Below, piece after piece: positions 1-9,692 of a stretch of 64,000 nucleotides of DNA. The stretch is from NCBI GenBank assembly GCA_000182565.2, contig KQ257464.1. The stretch is one strand, 5' to 3'. Made by a program: the position numbers and the translations under genes. The notes below the pieces were generated by a model that was given only the letters and a program-made list of their open reading frames with translations, had not been told where the DNA came from and searched no databases. The stretch comes from Spizellomyces punctatus DAOM BR117 (lineage: Eukaryota). Numbering within the stretch: position 1 is the first letter of the stretch; each line of letters begins with the position of its first letter.

Positions 1-456
1 ACCGAGCCTCAGACCAATCTTCAGCCGGCACAGCCCACATTCCAAGACTCCGCTGAGAGTGAAGAAGGAATCACCAGTGCTCTTCAACAGAGCAAAAATG
101 CCGTCGAAAAATCAGACACCTCCGTGAACGGATGTAGTAACTTGCTTAAAAAAAGCAAACTTGAATGTCCCGAGAAGAACGGAGGGGCAAGACCGCCCAA
201 CAAAAATTCCCTACCTAGTTCCTCTGCGTTGCATAATGATTCCGACTCTAGTGATATTCCACCAAACAACGTTCACCAGGAGGCAATGACGACATGGCTG
301 ACGAGCCTTCGTTCGCCATCACCGCCAATACCTACTCTCCAATTCAAGGATATAACAACCAGGTCTAAGCAGCAATCTATATCATTGTCTGTTGAGCAAC
401 CAAAGGTTGGTGGATGTGAAGTCGCAGTGAAACAACTTCATTTTGATGCTGTTTAA
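1..456 (+). CDS. 3' end of a hypothetical low-complexity protein (starts before the window)
   Basis: Frame 1 is open from base 1 to TAA at 454-456; S/P/Q-rich, no recognisable domain. Confidence 0.35.
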   Translation, partial: TEPQTNLQPAQPTFQDSAESEEGITSALQQSKNAVEKSDTSVNGCSNLLKKSKLECPEKNGGARPPNKNSLPSSSALHNDSDSSDIPPNNVHQEAMTTWLTSLRSPSPPIPTLQFKDITTRSKQQSISLSVEQPKVGGCEVAVKQLHFDAV

Positions 457-975
457 TTTGTATCATAGGACCCACCAACTTCCAAAAGACCGTCCTCGGA
501 CGAGCAGAAAGTAGCTGCAGCACTTGATCAGTTGCGTAATTTTGAAAGTATATTAGTGGAAGAAAGGCGACGATTGGATCAAGAAATGTCAAAGACTGCC
601 AAATAATATTAATACGCCTTTTCATTCGCTACGAGGTGCCTCTGAACGTTTCAAAATCATGATAACTGTATCACATGTAGTCCATAGAATGTGCATGCGG
701 AACGACGCAGCTTTTGGTGTAGAACATAGCAGCTTTTTGGTTAGAGGACTATCTCGTATCTCGTCAAGTGAACTCTAATGATTCCATGCGGAGTCTGTTC
801 AGATACTGACATTCCAAGATGAAGCTACCATAGTGCGGAAGTGATTGAAATGGCACTAGGACCCATTATTATCCGGATTAATCCGGTTAGTCATATCGCA
901 TAATCAGAACCCCCTTCTATCGCTTAATGTTTTTTTTTTTTTTCAGCTGGACCCCATTTTGCCACAATCGAGGTC

Positions 976-983
976 TATAAAAG
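976..983 (+). promoter_or_regulatory. TATA box inside ghost copy 1 (also at 3246-3253 in copy 2)
   Basis: CTATAAAAG followed by a pyrimidine-rich tract, identical in both copies. Confidence 0.5.
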
Positions 984-1079
984 GGGGTCATTACTCCCTC
1001 TTCCCTCTTTCCTCTTTACCCATCCTCGACTCTCGAAGCATCTGCGCAACGCCCACGCAGCACTCTCAAGTCCATCATC

Positions 1080-1314
1080 ATGAGAATGCCGCTCTGGTGC
1101 CGAGGACCTCGCCCTCCCAGCAAAAACAACATAACCCCTTGCAAACGCTGCTACTACTATATTGCTACGATCGCAGGTATGCATTATCTTTGTATTTTCC
1201 CACGCGGATTATCCAGTCTAATTATTCTGATCTACCTTAGTATCTGAACATCCTCCGACTAAAGAATTTCGGAATCAAGGGCTTAGTAGGATTTCTCTCG
1301 TGTGGTGGGCTTAG
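1080..1314 (+). CDS. Putative spliced 56-aa micro-ORF in ghost copy 1 (exons 1080-1176, 1241-1314)
   Basis: catcatcATG context; GTATGC...CTAAT...TTAG intron at 1177-1240; frame preserved in copy 2. Confidence 0.3.
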
Positions 1315-1399
1315 TTACCCGGTTAGAACAACCGTAATGTATTGCATGTGTAATTGGGCCTAGTAGTAGTTGGTTGGTTGTAAGGAGGGAATTACTTGG

Positions 1400-1489
1400 C
1401 TTTTCCGAACCAGTTGTCGCCGGTTTATTCCCTGGTGTAGTAGCTAGTGCCAGTTTCTGTCACCTAATACACTATCCAAGATCTCCGAC
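1400..1489 (+). ncRNA. Ghost omegaRNA 1 (scaffold ~1400-1474, guide from 1475 TCCAAGATCTCCGAC)
   Basis: CTTTTCCGAACCAGTTGTCGCCGGTTTATTCCCTGGTGTAGTAGCTAGTGCC aligns with the scaffold 3' of the Fanzor ORF (50931-50994); ends in CACTA. Guide length is inferred. Confidence 0.75.
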
Positions 1490-1611
1490 CAGCCTTATTT
1501 AACCTGATTGGATTCAGCATTGGATTGAAGTTCAACCGGAGAGAACCGTTTTACGGTTCTGCAAGCATGAAAGCAACTGTCAGATCTCACCTAGATCCTA
1601 TCAAGTAAAAC

Positions 1612-3063
1612 ATGCCATTAACAACCCTAGAACGAATCATAAACCTCAAGGAATCGTCGTCTTTGATAGTGATTGAAGACTCTACAAAACAGTCATGCGC
1701 TAGACTTTTGAAAGCTTTTGCAGCGTCAAGCATAGGTCCTGACAGGTAAGTTTCTTTGACCGTTGATTGACAAATAATCATGGCTAAAATTGCCTTGACA
1801 TCGAAGGAGGCTTGTGGTGGTGTCTGTCGAACAGGCGTACTGGAAATGGAAGCGAATACTGAATTTGGAGAGGTATGTGAAATGCTGAGGAATGCGGAAC
1901 CGATCGTTACTGACGGTACACTAAGCCTGACCATAATAGATGTATATTCCTCCTGCTTTTCATGGCTCGATCCTCCTGTGGCCGCCCCGGTCCGATCTGC
2001 TAATATCAAGAATCTGGTATCGGTAATCGAGACAGAGCTGCAAACCGGTACGCTCAATTGCTCTTTTGGATGTCGCGCTTTGGATTCACACCTGGAAATA
2101 TTCTCAGCGCAAAATGGACGAATCACTGTTCTATTTGATAGTATAAATCCGTTCCTGCTCCGTTATTCCTTGGCAACCGTGGCGCGATTGGTTAAGAGTC
2201 TATCTGCACTTGGTAGCGGTGAGGCAGCGCTGTTGGTTGATCCATGCATAACGGCAAAACCCCTCATGGATGTTATGGCGATTGCTAGATAATGTCCGAA
2301 TCATTCTCCCTTTCCACGGGGACGTACCCGTACTGGATGCGTCAGGAAATTCGCTAATACCTCCAATCGGGTCCGTCCTGGCGAACGCGGCCACAACATA
2401 TGTTACCGTCCGGCATGGAAAGGATTTTGGTATCATATTTGGACGCGATGGCGGAGCTGTGGATGTATTCGAAACTGTTGATGCGCATAATCCTGCCGGA
2501 GGAATATGTGAAGTACTTCACAAAAAGAAGTCTGGAAAGGTCCTACGTGAGGTTCGAAGCCGGGAATAATTGAGTTTGCTATTATATGAGGCGAATAGCT
2601 AAAGTGTGCCTTGCTACAGGCGGTGGCTTACAAAGTATCTGCTACGGACAGCGATCTCTTGACGTTTCACACGGTGGATGACCTGCGGTCTGTGAATGAT
2701 AGTCAGCCATCCCCCCCATCGAATCCCGCAGAGAGGACGGTATGCACAAAGACATCAATTGCGACTGATTCAATGAACCTATCTCATATATTGGTGTGCA
2801 GCCTGATCCGACCGCCAATCTTTCCTTCAACCTACGTCTAACCGATGAGCAGAAAGTAGCAAGAGCAGAGGTCGTGCTACCCTACATGAAGGCGCAAACT
2901 GCAGAAGGTCCATCTGAGACGGCAATATATTATGAGCCAGAGGATGATGATTACGATGACGAGGTACGTCTATTTAATCAGGATGATCTTATATTAGCAC
3001 ATCTGGCGCCTTTTAATATCACCATCCAATCGACAGGACCCGGATGCGGACCTGGATATATAA
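1612..3063 (+). CDS. ELP5: Elongator complex subunit 5 (Elp5/Iki1), multi-exon
   Basis: N-terminus MPLTTLERIINLKESSSLIVIEDS; C-terminal DPTANLSFNLRLTDEQKVARAEVVLPY..IYYEPEDDDYDDE|DPDADLDI* is typical of Elp5. Confidence 0.8.
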
Positions 3064-3098
3064 TTCCCACCAACGCAAATAAATACATATATACATAA

Positions 3099-3737
3099 AT
3101 TGATGGCACTAGAACTCATTATTATCCGGATTAATCCGGTTAATCATATCGCATAATCAGAACCCCCTTCTATCGCTCAAAGCGGTGAGGCATGCTAATG
3201 TATTTTTTTCTTTTTCAAACTGTGGTGAGGCGCATGCTGAAGGTCTATAAAAGGGGGTCATTACTCCCTCTTCCCTCTTTCCTCTTTACCCATCCTCGAC
3301 TCTCGAAGCATCTGCACAACGCCCACGCAGCACTCTCAAGTCCATCATCATGAGAATACTGCTCTGGTGCCGAGGACCTCGCCCTCCCAGCAAAAACAAC
3401 ATAACCCCTTGCAAACGCTGCTACTACTATATTGCTACGATCGCAGGTATGCATTGTCTTTGTATTTTCCCATGCATATTCCGAGTCTAATTCTGATCTA
3501 CCTTAGTATCTGAACATCCTCCGACTAAAGAATTTCGGAATCAAGGGCTTAGTAGGATTTCTCTCATGTGGTGGGCTTAGTTACCCGGTTAGAACAACCG
3601 TAATGTATTGCATGTGTAATTGGGCCTAGTGGTAGTTGGTTGGTTGTAAGGAGGGAATTACTTGGCTTTTCCGAACCAGTTGTCGCTGGTTTATTCCCTG
3701 GTGTAGTAGCTAGTGCCAGTTTCTGTCACCTCTACAC
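3099..3737 (+). mobile_element. Fanzor 'ghost' element, copy 2 (left TIR eroded)
   Basis: Direct repeat of 833-1472. CATA at 3094-3097, but the first ~11 bp of the left end (GTGCGGAAGTG) are missing. Right end ...CTCTACAC followed by TA (3738-3739). Confidence 0.85.
3350..3580 (+). CDS. Putative spliced 56-aa micro-ORF in ghost copy 2 (exons 3350-3446, 3507-3580)
   Basis: Same ATG, splice sites and stop as in copy 1. Confidence 0.3.
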
Positions 3738-3754
3738 TAAAAGTGCCAGCCCTG
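3666..3754 (+). ncRNA. Ghost omegaRNA 2 (scaffold ~3666-3739, guide from 3740 AAAGTGCCAGCCCTG)
   Basis: Scaffold homologous to 50931-50994; stems GAACCAG/CTGGTTT and GTGTAG/CTACAC can pair fully. Confidence 0.75.
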
Positions 3755-4265
3755 CTAGTGCGCACAGCTTGCGTTGTGTATGTGAGCGCGTGATTTTCCT
3801 TTCTCTTGCCTGCGCTTTCGAACAGATCTTGGTTCTCTTTCGTATGCATTGGGCTTGCTAGGGTCGTCATCTGATTCTGATCCTGACGATGATTCCGAGT
3901 CTGACGACTCGTCTATACTGTGTGGCTTGCGATATATGCAGCAGACTACAGAGATTGAAAAGGACCATGAGCAGCTGACAAATTCAACGTTATTCTACAA
4001 ACAGACAAGGCAGACCTTTGCTGCTTTTGCGGCCCATTCCCTCATTGTTCACAACATTTTCATCCCACTGAACTCGTCGTTCACTGAGGTTTCCGCCTCG
4101 GAGTAAGAGTGTTCCTGCATTCGGTATTTGCGTCGATGGTTGTTGGAGTAGTTGCTCTTCTTGGACTGTGATAGTTCGTGATCCAGTAGACAGAGGGGCG
4201 GTAGCCGTCACCAAGGACGAATTCGGTTCAGGTTCCGCCAGATGCGTTGTTTGTGGAGAGGGCAT
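3755..4265 (-). CDS. YPI1: PP1 regulator Ypi1/Inhibitor-3 (PPP1R11), two exons
   Basis: RRVQWDENVVNNEGMGRKSSK (RVxW PP1-binding motif), spliced to CCIYRKPHSIDESSDSESSS...PNAYER; stop at 3755-3757. Confidence 0.9.
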
Positions 4266-5337
4266 GTTGAGGTAATGAACAACTTGCAACCCACACGCAC
4301 ACGACGTCAAAGACCAGCTGTGAATCAAATGGGATGGAATGTATGCTTAGTCAGACGCCTCATTCTTTCGGGTCTTTTTGAGGATTTGCAACCAACACAA
4401 AGAAACGGGGGAACAATACAGGACACTCGCACACTTGCTGGTGGGGGAGGTGTGTGTTCGTTTTCTCTCCGCCGTCTCCCGTTGGAAATTGTCCTTTCTT
4501 GCTTACGCAGATCCCATCTGATCACTTGCATCATCTTAGAAGAAGGTGAGTATATCTGTCACACCCTGAAACCTAAAGCTGGTTGGTGAGGCGCGCAACA
4601 GTTTCAAGCAAAAAATCCTGTCTGGGTGTGTGTGGTCTATCCCTCGTTATGGGTTGCAAGCCCGTGACATCTCTTTGCGCCGTTTAAGCACTGGCCCCAT
4701 TGCACAACGAGCCTCGGACAACCTACCACACCTTGTTCTTACACCTATCGACGATTTAGATTTCGGTTCTTGTATTATCTACGAATCTGATCGGTGGTTG
4801 TCGCACGCATTGTGTCTCCATTTTTTTTTTTCAACTCGCATCGGTGGTCATCGGTCTCACCTTGAAAGACACTGCCCAGCTCGGAGATTATTTGTCACGC
4901 AGTCGTCTGTTGACCACTTGCAGAATTCTGGTGGATAGGGTGAGCGCCCTTTTCATCTTCCATTTCACGCGAAGATCGTATCGGGTTAAACCCATGCTTT
5001 CTTTTGTCTGACAACTAGTCACCTTCTACCCTGCAACCGTCCTGACTGATTCCGACTCTGCTGTCCATTATCCTTCTGCTCCGTTTCGATGACCCGGTAG
5101 CATCGACGCTTCCACAGCTTTCAATACCTGTAAAAATTCTTGTACAAAAGCACGACACTCCATTTTGTCCATACCCTCCTCTGTACAGCTCTTCCAAGCT
5201 ACACGTACTATTTCAGTAGTTTTGTACAACACGACCGACATCTGTTTATAAAAACCATTTTAACACACACTCGGCAACACCTCCGTACCTCCGACCAACG
5301 CTCAACATCTGTTTAATTATTGTTACGATCCGCAAGC

Positions 5338-8300
5338 ATGGGTGATTACAGTGGAATTGCGCAACCAAAGGCGAAAAACCAGCCTCAAGGACAGGTACGC
5401 GGAAAATCCCTTGCAGCGTCAGCACTCTGTGCGGTGTACTCATCTTGCAATTGTCCTCGCAGTTGGCCGCCCTTTTGCAAAGTCCTCTCAACTGGGACAT
5501 TGAACCAATGAACATGCCAAAGGAAATTGGCAGCAGGTCAAGTAGTGCACCTCCCGCCGGCATTCTAATGCCAGAAGGACCACGGGTATGTCTCCGAGAC
5601 GGCAGAGCGCTTTTGAGTTGATATCTCATGTCATTTCAATCAGGAGGTGGAAGAACCTGTCGTTGGCTCGGCCACCGATCCCCGTAGAGATCCTGAATAT
5701 GCCGCATACTATTATCATGCGTCAAGGCTAGACCCTCGTCTTCCTCCGCCTATCTATGCACCCGGCCAATCATGGCAAGTCTGGGCGCCGCCTGGGGTGA
5801 GCGGGAAAAACAAGGGACCTGAGGTGATGACACAGGCACCTGGGAAGAATTTGGAAAAGTTTAGAGGCTTCGGCATGGATGATGATTTCCTCAGTGATCA
5901 TCCGCTAGATGAAGTAAGTGGATATTATGAAATCCTACTTGGCGCGGTGATTAATTATAATGAATCCATTGCAGAGTTTGGAGCCAGAGGGCTTGTCGAC
6001 AAAGGATGGTAACGAGTATCGGTCACGCAGTAAAGCGCCTTTGCCTGATGCCAGAGCGGCCGCAGCAGATGCTCGCTTGAGCGATCCGCGATTATCCGAT
6101 CCTCGCTTGGCGGACCCAAGAATGGTCGACCCGCGAATGGCAGATCCTCGGTTGCTGGACCCGCGTTATGGTGATCCTCGGTTAGGTGATCCTCGAGTGA
6201 GCCCTGCATCTGCCTGGAGTAACGGAGATCTGCCGTCTCCTATGTCAATGCGAGGGGTTGACCTGGCAAGCTCTCCATCCAAGCGGAGAAACTTGGTGGA
6301 TTTAATTCAGGAAGATTTCCCACGGACTCCTTCTCCTGTTTTCGCAACTCGGCAAAGAATGGGCATGGATGAAAGTGGCGAAAAGCATGAGCTCAATGAT
6401 GTATTGAGAGATCAAATGCGCGCCGAACTTGAAGCGCAACTAGATCATTCCAACGACGATGAGCGATCTAGAATGGCCGCTGTCCTTAGTGCAGCAATGG
6501 ACACTCGTGATGAGTTGGCAACGGCCCCACCTCAGCGCTCCGCATCCACTCCGCCGTCGAATGTACACTACAATCAACTGCGAAATGCCATGCTACAAAA
6601 TTATGAAGATGAGATCCCACCAGAACTCCTACTTTCGATGAGAAATGTGAACCTAGGCGAAGTGAGAAATCTATTGACGAAATGTATCTGACTAGCTTCA
6701 CTTTTATTGACGCCGTAATTACTTCTAGTCATCATCCCAACAAAGAGTTGGCAACAAGCCACCAAAGATTGCGACTGGTTTTGATCGATTATACTCGGAT
6801 ATGTCTGCCCCTCGCAGCGCCGGCGCCTACCTTGGTGGATCGGCGCCATTGGCAAACTCGCTCATGGGAGGTTATCCAGGGACTTCAAGAGGTAGAGAAG
6901 CCGGTGGGTATGGTGATTTTCCTGTGGCAGCGCTCGCAAACTTACTCTTTTTGCGTTATATAGAGATGCTAGCTGCCTTAGAATTACAGCAACGCGCAGC
7001 CGCAGCTCGCAGCCCCATGTTTGAAGAAGAACTGCGGACGGGCGCCGCTCTCGGTTTAAACCATCCCAGTTTTGATCACAGACGATCCTATCCTGCTGGT
7101 ATTCCAGATGATTTGGCTTTGGCATATGCGTCTAGAAGGGCGGCTGCCAATCAACTCTACGAACCGAGTATGTTGCAAGCCTTAGCAAATCTGAACGGTG
7201 GGATGCCGGTAAATATGCCCATGAACATAGGGCGTGGCGGGGGATCTCTTTCTGAAAAAAAGCTGCGTTTGCTTGCCCAACAACAGTTGCTTCTTCGTGA
7301 ACAAATGCTTCGACGCGAATATTTTCAACAGTTGAATGGATTTCCTCCAGGCCGCAGACCTATTCCCTCTGATTTACCTTCACCCGGGGGACTAGCCGAT
7401 CCTGGACATGGGATGCGCAGCGCTCTCTTGGAGGAATTCCGTAATAATAAGAACAAGAAGTACGAATTGAGGGATATCGTTGGGAGTATCGTCGAGTTTA
7501 GCGGAGATCAGCACGGATCGCGGTTTATTCAACAGAAGCTCGAAACAGCCAACAGTGAGGAAAAGCAGTTGGTGTTTGACGAAATATTACCAAACGCTCT
7601 CCAGTTGATGACCGATGTATTCGGTAACTACGTTATCCAGAAGTTTTTTGAACATGGTACGTATCTTTGAAATTTTCATTATTGAAGTGAATGATTTTCT
7701 GATACCTTTCGCAGGCAACCAGATTCAAAAACAGATCCTAGCAAAGCAAATGGAAGGACATGTCCTCTCCTTGTCACTCCAGATGTACGGATGTCGTGTC
7801 GTTCAGAAGGCGCTCGAGCACGTGCTCACGGATCAGCAAGCAGTCTTGGTGCGGGAGCTCGATGGCAACGTTCTTAAATGTGTCAAAGATCAAAACGGCA
7901 ACCATGTTATTCAGAAGGCGATTGAGCGCGTTCCTGCAGAACATATCAAATTTATCATTGATGCCTTCCATGGGCAGGTGTACGCTCTTGCTACGCACCC
8001 ATACGGCTGCAGAGTGATACAAAGAATATTTGAGCACTGTGCTGACGAGGAGACAAAACCACTACTAGAAGAGCTTCACCGCTATACGATCAATCTCATT
8101 CAGGACCAGTACGGCAACTACGTCATCCAGCATGTTCTGGAGAGAGGAAAGCAGCAGGACAAGGGTTTGATCGTTAGCAAAGTCCGTGGGCAGGTTCTGC
8201 AACTTAGCAAACACAAGTTTGCAAGCAACGTTGTCGAAAAGTGTGTCGCCTTTGGTAGCAAAAAGGACCGCCAGCAATTGATTGACGAGGTTATTCAAAC

Positions 8301-8644
8301 GAGACCTGATGGGTAAGTAAATTGGATAGTACCAGTCGGATCCGATAGGCACTAACAGACAGAACAACTGCCACAGTACCTCTCCCCTAATCTTAATGAT
8401 GAAGGACCAGTTCGCCAATTACGTTGTACAGAAGATGTTGGACGTTGTTGATGGAGAACAACGTGAGATCTTGGTTCAAAGGATCAAGCCACACTTGCCT
8501 TCTTTGAAGAAGTACACTTATGGGAAACATTTGATAACAAGTAAGTTTAATGGGCAGCAGAGTGTAATTGAATCGTCGCTAGTTTCTTACACTGACCATT
8601 TTGCAGAAGTCGAAAAGTTGGTGATGCAACACAACATTCAGTAA
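5338..8644 (+). CDS. Pumilio/PUF RNA-binding protein, multi-exon
   Basis: Eight PUM repeats ([98 protein letters not shown]) and YTYGKHL. Start is approximate. Confidence 0.92.
6068..6200 (+). repeat. Nine 15-nt coding repeats encoding D(P/A)Rxx within Pumilio
   Basis: [44 protein letters not shown]. Confidence 0.85.
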
Positions 8645-9158
8645 ACGGGGTCAAGTCCGTTGAAAGGACGCGTGTAAAGCAATCGCGCACTGACTCGATC
8701 ATCGACTTTGTCAACACGCCGTATTTCCATCGCACTTCGCCATTACCCAAGTGTGGACACTGCGACTTTTGAGTGAATATCTGGCCAGCATGAGCATTTT
8801 TGGTTGAATATCTTGCTTCTAAGTTGGTTGGGTCTGGACAGTCCGGTTTTCTTCTAGTTCCTGTTTCCAGTTTTCGTTTTGTATTCATAGAATTGTTGGG
8901 TTGTGTATAAGGGTTGTAATACATGGTGTTCAGGGGTGCCCGAAGAGTACATACGCTCCCACATAATATACGCTTCAGTGTAAGCTCTGTTCCCTGCTAT
9001 CCTTTTGCCAAGGGTCTGACTCCATGGTGTTCCTGACCGTACCACGCGCGTCATCAAGGGTGAGCATATCACGTAACATGCAATAACTATGAAAGGCGTT
9101 GTTTGACAGATTGGTGCTCCTTTTATTGCACGTCAGATTTCAGATTGGTAACTTTATA

Positions 9159-9692
9159 ATGGCAGCATTGCTCAAACTTGCGGCAGCTACCACCTTTTCC
9201 AGAACCACCACCTTGGCTGGAATTGTCAGCAGACGCAATATCGTTCTGTCAAATCGTTACTTCGGTGACCGAAAACGGCGGGACTCACGCTCATCAGATG
9301 GAGCCGACGCAACAGAAAACCGGGTTGAAAAGAAGGGTGCTACCATCAAGCGCAAAGTCGACGAAATTGCCCAAAAGTTTGACGACATGATATCGGAAGA
9401 TAAGATCCTTCCAAATACCGATAATCCCATGAAGATGAACTATACTAGCCCCCCAGTAACCGAACGAGTAGTTGACTCGGTCAAGCAGATCTACCACAAG
9501 GCCGAAGAAGCGGTTGAAGACATGAAACAGAAAGGAAAACAAGTGCTGGGTGATTACTCTGATCAGAAAGAGGTTCAAAAGGGACGTTCGGGAACGACGC
9601 CTTACAGTGCCGCTGATGAGGCCAAGCAGGCATATGAAACTGCAAAGAAGAATGTAGTTGAGGGGGGCGACACTCCGCCGAGAAAGTTATAA
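9159..9692 (+). CDS. Hypothetical hydrophilic, LEA-like protein with probable mitochondrial presequence
   Basis: N-terminus rich in R/S/T/A and free of acidic residues; KAEEAVEDMKQKGK and AADEAKQAYETAKK amphipathic segments. Confidence 0.5.
   Translation: MAALLKLAAATTFSRTTTLAGIVSRRNIVLSNRYFGDRKRRDSRSSDGADATENRVEKKGATIKRKVDEIAQKFDDMISEDKILPNTDNPMKMNYTSPPVTERVVDSVKQIYHKAEEAVEDMKQKGKQVLGDYSDQKEVQKGRSGTTPYSAADEAKQAYETAKKNVVEGGDTPPRKL

Larger units (their letters stand above)
833..1472 (+). mobile_element. Fanzor 'ghost' non-autonomous TIR element, copy 1
   Basis: Preceded by CATA (829-832) and followed by TA (1473-1474). Left end GTGCGGAAGTGATTGAAATGGCACTAG resembles the Fanzor element left end at 48868. 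The right end is an omegaRNA-like scaffold. No Fanzor ORF; near-identical to 3099-3737. Confidence 0.85.

Noticed and set aside
813-820. TCCAAGAT occurs both upstream of ghost 1 and at its right flank (1475-1482), suggesting a long target-site duplication
   Set aside because: The upstream copy is 12 bp away from the element end; the TA junctions explain the insertion better, and an 8-bp match can be chance.
959-1240. Unspliced ORF-track ORFs within the ghosts (959-1240, 975-1184, 3245-3454, 3640-3861)
   Set aside because: No recognisable homology; they are shared only because the DNA is duplicated.
3740-3762. Ghost-2 guide shares AGTGCCAG with the scaffold, suggesting self-targeting of element ends
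   Set aside because: Only 8 nt match and there is no adjacent CATA.
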